Shown here: one piece after another, positions 56,406 through 64,000 of the stretch
How positions within the stretch are numbered: position 1 is the stretch's first letter
How the letters are laid out: each line of letters begins with the position of its first letter
DNA from: the human T2T-CHM13v2.0 reference genome, Homo sapiens
Reading direction: 5' to 3' (one strand)
DNA: 64,000 nt
NCBI RefSeq assembly: GCF_009914755.1
Contig: NC_060938.1
Program-made: the position numbers and the translations under genes
The notes under the pieces: generated by a model
Told to the model about the DNA's origin: nothing
Seen by the model: the letters and a program-made list of their open reading frames with translations, nothing else
Database searches by the model: none

Positions 56406-59400
56406 AACCTATTATACTTTTTTCCTACTTTCCCCTTTTATTCTTCTTTTTCACCCAAGGAAAAAAAGATTTTTACAAACTTCTATTTGTTTAGCCTCAT
56501 CAGTAAATACTGTTATCTATTTTAAAGATTGACTCTATTTTCCCCAGGGTAGAAATTAATTTTTTCTTTAAAAAAAAATTAAAATGGAGTTAGCTTCCTC
56601 TTTACTTTGTGCTAATCAGAAATGGTACCAGAGCCCTAATTCCTTGAACCTAGAAAGAATCACAGTTACTGAGGTCCTAGGCAATCCTCAGAGAGTGAGT
56701 ATTTCCTGGCCTTCCCCACCCAAATCCTTTGTAGTGGGGATCTATTTTCCAGTTTTACTAAATCCCTCATAGCTCTTTTCAAGTGTAAAGGAATTCTGAA
56801 AATCCACGCCAAAAAGATCGTAAGAAATTCACATTCTAGAGAAAGAAATCCAAGTCTTAAAATGCCTACATGTCACATACAACTTTTACGCAAAAGAACA
56901 TGCTTGATGTGTTTTTACTATCAGGGAGACTCCTGGTTTGTGAACTTACTAAATAGGATGTGAAAAGGATTGCTGGAATCATAAAATTAAGCTAGGAAAG
57001 CATAAAACTTTAAAAAAATAAACAATATATTCCAGGCTACAAGGAAGCATGTAGAAAAGGAGATGGCATGGCTTCACACAATACTTCGGGCTCTAATTAC
57101 ATGTGTATTTGGTATGAGAACTAAAAGGAAAATTATAAGGCTTGCATTGAAGAAAAGAAGTTGGCAGATAGAGGAAATAGGAGAAATTGGAGGTAAGTGC
57201 CGTCCAGCTGTATAGTACATAGTGCGGAGTATGCAGTTAAACGCTTCTTAGAAATTACTACAAATAGTCCAGTAATGGCAGAATCAGTAACCTGGTCAAC
57301 TAGATGCCAGGTATAAAGTAGTATCTCTAATTTTACATATTTGCACTTAAGCACAAGCGTGTGTAATAAGAATTTTTTATTCACCAGAATTCTTGGAAAA
57401 TAAACAGAATGTATTTGTGCTAGTTGGTAGGGTATAAAAGGAAGGACTTCTCACTCCTCTACGGCCGCCCCTATGTGGGTAGAACTTTGATTAATGTTCA
57501 AGGGAGAAAGAATATGAAATAGGGATAGAATTGGCAGAGCTGGTGAAAGACCACCCATGTCATACTGTGACTCTTCAAGTGTTCACTAAAGCCTATCTGA
57601 TGGGACTAGATTTCCTATGGAAACTGGTATGAGGGAAATGCTGTATTCAGAATCTCCATGAGAGATGCAGAAACAGCTTTTTAGGAAGCAGAAACTCAGA
57701 GGCAGAGGAAGTATAAGTCACTAGAAGGCTTTGGGTTGATCCAAAGGGCAGGGAATACCAGTTGATACTTGGTTACCAAGATAAAAGCTTGACAGTATAA
57801 GGTAAGGATGCAATGTATTCAAAGATCAGAGACTCCAGGGGAACCTACAAGTTGTGGTCATTTGATTAAGGGTGGCCTTGGGCCACAATACATCTCAATG
57901 ACTTACTTGGCTCTAAGTAATCCCTGGGGAACATTAAAGAGCAGGAGTGCTTTCAAGAGAGTTTTCTTCCAACTCTCAGAACAAACATGGGAGGAAGATA
58001 GCATCTGGAGCCCTGAGGACTTACTGGACCCTGTGGTTTCCCCAGGCCTTGGTTCACAGTGGGCAAGGTAGCACAGTGGTTGCGAGCTCCAACTGTGAGG
58101 CTCAATTGCCTCACCCGTTGAGTGTGAATCTCTGCTTGCTATCCAGTAGCTCAAATTCAGTAGTTGTTCTGTTTGCTCAGGCTTCTATCCTGAATTTTCT
58201 CTTTCCAAATGCTCTTGGTCGTGGATCACCCATAGGTCTTCTCCTCAAGTAAGCAATCACAAGACTTCTCTATAACACACCATACACTGCCCCCCTGCTC
58301 AGCACATCCAGAAAACACATTCTTAACCTGATCTTTGTATGTCTTCCTTTCTGTTCTATCACCATTGTGTTGTACTGCTTTTTTATCTTCCCATTCTTCC
58401 TCCAGTGTGCATAAATAGGACTTCCGGAGATTCTTAATACATCTCCAATGCCAGCCATTGCCCGTGGCTTCTGACTTGCCTGCAACTGACTCCTAACACA
58501 GCTAAATACTAGCGTGGGTGCCTACCCCAGGCCTAGGCAGCAATGCACTAGACCCCCCTAGTTCCCACAGAGTGATCTTTAATAATGGTAAACTAGAGTT
58601 ATCCCTAAGACCCTAAACCCTCCCGGTTTTACAAAGTACCAACCCAGAATTTACTAAAAATACCAGAGGTAGAAGCCAACCATCTGAGAGGGGTAATATA
58701 ATAAAATATCAGGGGGCCCCAAACCTCTATATTCTATGCCATTCTTTGGCATTGCCACCCAGGGTTAGGGCACTCTCCTGACACTCTATCTCTTTCTCCC
58801 CATCTTTCCACACTCCTTCCTCAAGGGTGATTTTCAGAGTCATGAATGTTGGCATAGCAGGAAAAACCTGGTTCAGGAATCCACAGAGCTGTGTCCTGGT
58901 CTCAATCTGCCAATATACACAATATGGCCTAGGGACAGTCACCAACCTCTCTAGACCATTGCTTCCTTCTATGTCACACTGTAGATGCTGAAGTCTGTTT
59001 CTAGCCTTGACCTGCCTATGCAATAAGTTCTTAGTTTATAAAATTCTTCAATGTAGGATCTTTCTGATCAACCACCCAGGCCCAATAAGAATAGCTACCA
59101 CCAACTAAGAACACACCATGGGCCAGACATTATTCTTGGCAGTTTACAATCTCAACTGACAATTGCTAGAGGATCTTAAGGAGGCTAGGGCTCCTTGGCT
59201 GCAATTTAACTCAATTCCTTTCTGCTCTGTTGAGCCCAAGAAGCAATACTCGGTAGGCTTCTACCTCATCTTCCACACTTTTTACTATGCCTAGTGAAGA
59301 TGTACACAAAAGTATGGGAGAATAAGAAGCCACAGAAGGCTTATGTCCAGAATGAACTAATCATTTGTCCATAGAAACATGCTGAGAACAAAGCAGGTAA

Positions 59401-62040
59401 TTCAGTTATAATGCTTATCAGAAACTTTATGTTCTTACTAGAGACAATTGAAGCAATCCTTAAAGGCCTGAAGCTCAAGGTAGGAGAATCCAAGTCTCAG
59501 GACTCTCTAATATCTGGGGGTCTAAAGGAACTTGTGGATTGTTAAGCCTTGAGTTGTACAGAGAAGTGATTCTTTCCTTGGGAATAGTTTGAGAAAAAAA
59601 AATCCAAGATTTTTCACAACCTTAAGAATCTATCAAAGAGCTAACTTAGTAAATTACATAGACAAACAATAAACACAAAAGAGTCAAAGAAAAGGACAAT
59701 CTATATCATGTTGGACTTATTCATTCCTCCTTTTGCCTTTACTTTTCCCTATCCTAACATAAGGAAATAGATTTAAAGAAAACAGAGTGAATTGCCTGGT
59801 TGGCAGCAAAACTGCTGTAAGCTATAAGACATTTCATTCCACAGCAGATATCTTGAGTGCTGAGGGACTTCTGCCATCTTTGCTCATCATCCTCAGCAGG
59901 AAACCTGGACACTCTTGCCCCATGCTTTATTTACCTAATCTTTCCAGAATCAGTAACAAATAGAGCTGTATCTGAAAACTGCATGACCAAATTCTTTTTT
60001 AGATTATAGATTTCTGCATATTGACTAGGCAGTAAGGATTTTTATCACAACCGTCAGATGTTTTGAGATGATCAAGTTTAGTATCTTATTATAAAATACA
60101 AGTTTCGTGGGTTTTTTTTTTTTTTTTTGGTGAGTCTTTCAAACTCCTTTCCCTCTCAAGTATAAAAAATGCTGGTTCTGTCCAACGATTTGCCATTCAC
60201 AGAAGTAATTTTTGAGCTCTAAGATTACTGCATATAAACTATAGACTGATGGGCCTGCTTGGTTTCAGTTACTGCCAAAGCCTGATATACATTACACATG
60301 ACAACAGATGTCTCCAACACAGCTTCCTACTTACTCTCCAAAGCTCATCACAGTGACAGCCACAAGGGATTCAGTTAAACTTGGCCTGTTCTTGAAGGTT
60401 TTGATTGCACTGCCAGTCACCTTCAGAGGCAATATGACCATGTGAGGCAAAAAGGAGAACCAAATTATCCCAGCAACTAAAAATTCTAGGAACTCAAGAT
60501 GTTTAAATGACTTACATTTTCTCTAGTAACATAAAGTGATTAAAGATACATTTTTTTCTGATAAAATATCACTCCTAGTATATATTTTGAAAACAAAGAG
60601 GTGAACCCAAATATACTCCTCCAGCTGAATTTCCAATGAAATCAAAGGTAAGGAGGTTTAGAGGAAATAGAAAATCTGTTCTTAACAAATAACCAATCCA
60701 ATTAAATCATTCGAACCCTGACCAAATTCTGCCTCTCCTCCCCTAATCCTGCAATCACATAGACAACCTCAATACCCAACCCTATCGAAACTCTGGTTTC
60801 TGTTTTCTGAAATGTCTCTGAATGTCCTCACATTCAACGACATTCTCTTCCACTCCACCTGAGACACCTACCACCCATCAAATGGTCTACCCTTTGACTA
60901 CAATATCCTCAGCTTCAGCTTCCTTATTAAAATCCTTCACTGTGATCAACCATTTGGGCCTCATCAGAAGTGTCACTGCACATCCCTTCTCACTCAGCTT
61001 CCTTTCTAATGGTCGTGGTTTTGATAACACGCTTTCCATAGCACTGCTGCAAAATGCCCTAACTTGCCTTGCTCAACCTCCCTTTGTCTTTCCCCTTCCG
61101 CCCAACCCCAGTCTTAGATGATGCCTACTGTATCTCTGTCTGTGTCTACAACTGTGCACCTGGACACTGGAGAAAGCCATACGCAGGCAGATTCGTGAGT
61201 ACCAACTGCAAATGCATTCTCAGCCAGGCTGGGCAACCCTACCACATTTCTCTTACCAAATCATTCTCACCATTCTCTCACTCTCCTCAATGACTAGTTC
61301 ACTCTTAAACCTCCACCTAACACTTCTGACATCCACACCACCACCACCCCCATTCCCAAATAGTCATTCTCAGGTGGAGGCCATCTCATCCAGCAACTTC
61401 CCACCATCAGACTAATTTACAATTGTAGCAGCCTTCAGCTTCTTCCCTCCTGTTGCATCTTGTTCTCTCCTTTCATCTTAGGCCAACCACTCCATTTGGG
61501 CTTCAGATTCCACTCCATCCTACCTTTTCAGGCTCACATGATCAATTCTCCCTTTCCTCTCCTGTTTATGCAATCAATTTCTCCCTTTCAACTAGATTCT
61601 TCCCATCATCACTTCAGCATACTCAAGTCCTGCCTTTAAAGCACTCCAACTCTGCCTCACATGACTCTAGTTACTGCCTTATTTATCAGTTTCCCGTTAC
61701 AGGAAAAATAGAAGAATAGGGTGTCTTCATTTTTTTTCACCTCCTATTCATTTTTCAACCCACAGCAATCTGGCTTGGCCCCATCACTCACTATAACACC
61801 TCCAGTTCAAGTCAATGACCACTTTGTTGCCAAATTCAAACCAGTTGACATCTTGATGGTATTGGCAATGTTGACCAATTTCTCCCTGAAAACTCCTTAC
61901 CTTGTCCTCCATGACCGATGCTTTCCTTTCTACTGCCATGGCTCCCTTCTCCTTACAGACTTGTCCTCTTCTACCTATTATTTAGGGTTTAAGCTTCTCA
62001 AAGCTTGAACCTAGGCCCCCTTTCTCTTTTCATTCTATAC

Positions 62041-62950
62041 AAGGGGTCAAAGGCCTTGCTACCCATAGGGGAAAGCAACTAATACAATTAAGTGAAGCAA
62101 ATCAACTTTCATTTCCCTCTCAACGCTATTATACAACTTAAAACACAGTAGAATGAGCAAGATAACTGTCAACAGATCCTAGGCATCAAGGGAAGATGAC
62201 AATAGGGAGTGGTATAGGCCTATAATAAAGCCCATGCTCCAACTAGAACAAGTTACTCAGCTCAAGACAAAAATCCTGATTTCTATGTGAAAACTCACAA
62301 TTTTAAAAGTCTTGGCAACTGTGTCAATTAAAATTCTTTCTGGTACAAGTAAAAGAAATCTTGGTTCAAAATGAGTTACACCAAAAGGAGAATGTATTGG
62401 CTAATTTAACTAAAAGCCTAGAAGTACATAGTGGCCCAGGGTTAATCGATATGATTAGGGCCAGTTTCTTTAACTGGATTCCACTTCTTTGTTGTCTCCA
62501 CTCTCAGATAAGCTCTACCCTAGGGTAGCAAGGCAGTTCCTAGACCTCCAGGCCACATCCTGCCAAGTTTAAGCAGAAAACAAGAAACTCTCTCTTCCTA
62601 GAGTTCCCCCATAGGCTCAGAATTCCCTGTGATTGGGCCAACTTGAATCAGAAGTCCATTCTTGAACCAACCATTACGGCCAGGTAAGTTGGGGAATGAT
62701 TGGCTCACCCTGGGTCACACACTTCATCTAGGGTCAGAGGTAGAACTTGATCTATAACACAAAGTCTGAGATTGGAGGACAGAGAATTTCTCAAAAGGAA
62801 ATTAAGGTGCTGCTACCAAAAAAGAAAATCGATACTGGGCAGCCAAAAAACCATAAACATATGCTACAGCAACTCATTCAAATATTTTAAAAACATTACA
62901 CAGGCCAAATAAAACAGGTTTGCTGGCTGATGGTTTCTTGTCAATCTCTA
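62041..62950. mobile_element. MER102-like hAT element
   Basis: aaatcctgatttctatgtgaaaactcacaattttaaaagtcttggcaac|...|tcattcaaatattttaaaaacattacacaggccaaataaaaca. Confidence 0.7.
62320..62868 (-). mobile_element. Old MLT1 (K/L-like) solo LTR
   Basis: TG...CA ends; perfect 5-bp TSD gcaac at 62315-62319 and 62869-62873. Confidence 0.8.
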
Positions 62951-63770
62951 GTTCCAATCCTCCTTTCTCTACTTGTTTCCTAGGTGATCTCATCCAAGAC
63001 TGAGTCTTCACCTACCATCTCTATACTGAAAATGCCACATTTTTATCTGACTCACAAATTCAACTGCCTACTCAACATCACCACTTGGATGCCTCAAACT
63101 CATCTCCAATTCAATTTGTCCAAAATGAAATTCATGATGTTCCTACACCTCACCCCTCTCCTACCCAAAGCTGGCCTTCCTCAGAGTTCTTATTGCAAGG
63201 GAAGATGGGGTAAGGGGATACTTGTTACTTTAGCATTAGCAGCCATAAAACATGGTCCTAACCTGAATGTTGGTACTACAAGTCTCCAAAAAGCATTTTA
63301 AAATCTTCAACAAGGACACTGAAAACTCTTAGCAGAATTCCAAGGATGCAAATGACTACTTCACTTATAAACAAGCGGGGATCATTAAGATATGCTCTTC
63401 TAACGTCTTTAATTATTAACTATGGTTTGAACTTGGTAGAATTTTATCCTATTAGGTGTAATATCAAATGGGAGTCTACTTTACTATAAATGTATCATGA
63501 TTCCACAGAAAGTTTTTTGGAATAGGACAAACACGACTGAGATATTGTTTGAAAAAAAAAAAGCCCGTCAGAAAGTCAACTGTATGACTATTGAAATTCT
63601 TTTTGTTTTCAAATATTTTTTACAAATTTGATATCTTGATTCATCTAAATTTGCAGTTGCCATTTTCCATCTCTTCCCAATTTATTTTTAAGACACATAT
63701 AAATAAAGTTTCATCATAACAAATAACAAAAGGGGGAGAGGCTGTCAAGGGACATCCAAAGGTGCTTTTG

Positions 63771-64000
63771 TGGCTGGGCGGTGGCTCATGCCTGCAATCC
63801 CAACAGTATGGGAGGCTGAGGTGAGAGGATTACTTGAGGCCAGGAGTTTGAGACTAGCCTGGGCAACATAGCAAGACCCCGTTTCTTAAAAGAAAAAAAA
63901 ATTATAAATAAGCCAGGTATGGTGGCTACTCAGGAGGCTGAGGTGGGACAATCACTTGAGCCAAGAAGATGGAGGTAACCTATGATCATACCACTGTATT
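63771..64000 (+). mobile_element. AluJ, cut by window end
   Basis: ggctgggcggtggctcatg...ggattacttgaggccagg. Confidence 0.93.

Larger units (their letters stand above)
60710..63180 (+). mobile_element. Long degenerate L2, interrupted by MER102/MLT1
   Basis: C/T-rich L2 body: cacagcaatctggcttggcccc...caagtcaatgacc...taggtgatctcatcc...caactgcctactcaacatc. Confidence 0.75.

Overview
Human-like (primate) genomic DNA, AT-rich and repeat-dense. The whole window appears to lie inside STXBP6 (amisyn) on the minus strand. The only well-supported coding sequence is the first coding exon, 15090-14905 (186 nt: 32 nt 5'UTR plus 154 nt CDS, MSAKSAISKEIFAPLDERMLGAVQVKRRTKKKIPFLATGGQGEYLTYICLS). The rest is intron filled with Alu, L1, L2, MIR, MaLR/ERV LTRs, hAT/Tigger MITEs and one Ricksha (Mutator-like) element, several nested with visible target-site duplications (TSDs). 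No prokaryotic-type system (CRISPR, operon, RNA gene) is visible. The most interesting observations: (1) the 186-nt exon is stop-free around a back-splice junction and is flanked by inverted Alus, so it is a candidate rolling-circle-translatable circRNA; (2) a tiny L1PB insertion carries an apparent 3' transduction between perfect 14-bp TSDs; (3) a micro template-switch triplication duplicates a 3' splice-site-like motif upstream of a candidate poison exon; (4) a MIR is locally duplicated; (5) there is a candidate alternative 5' exon with tandem donors. Repeat subfamily calls and most repeat boundaries are by-eye estimates from recalled consensus sequences, not computed.
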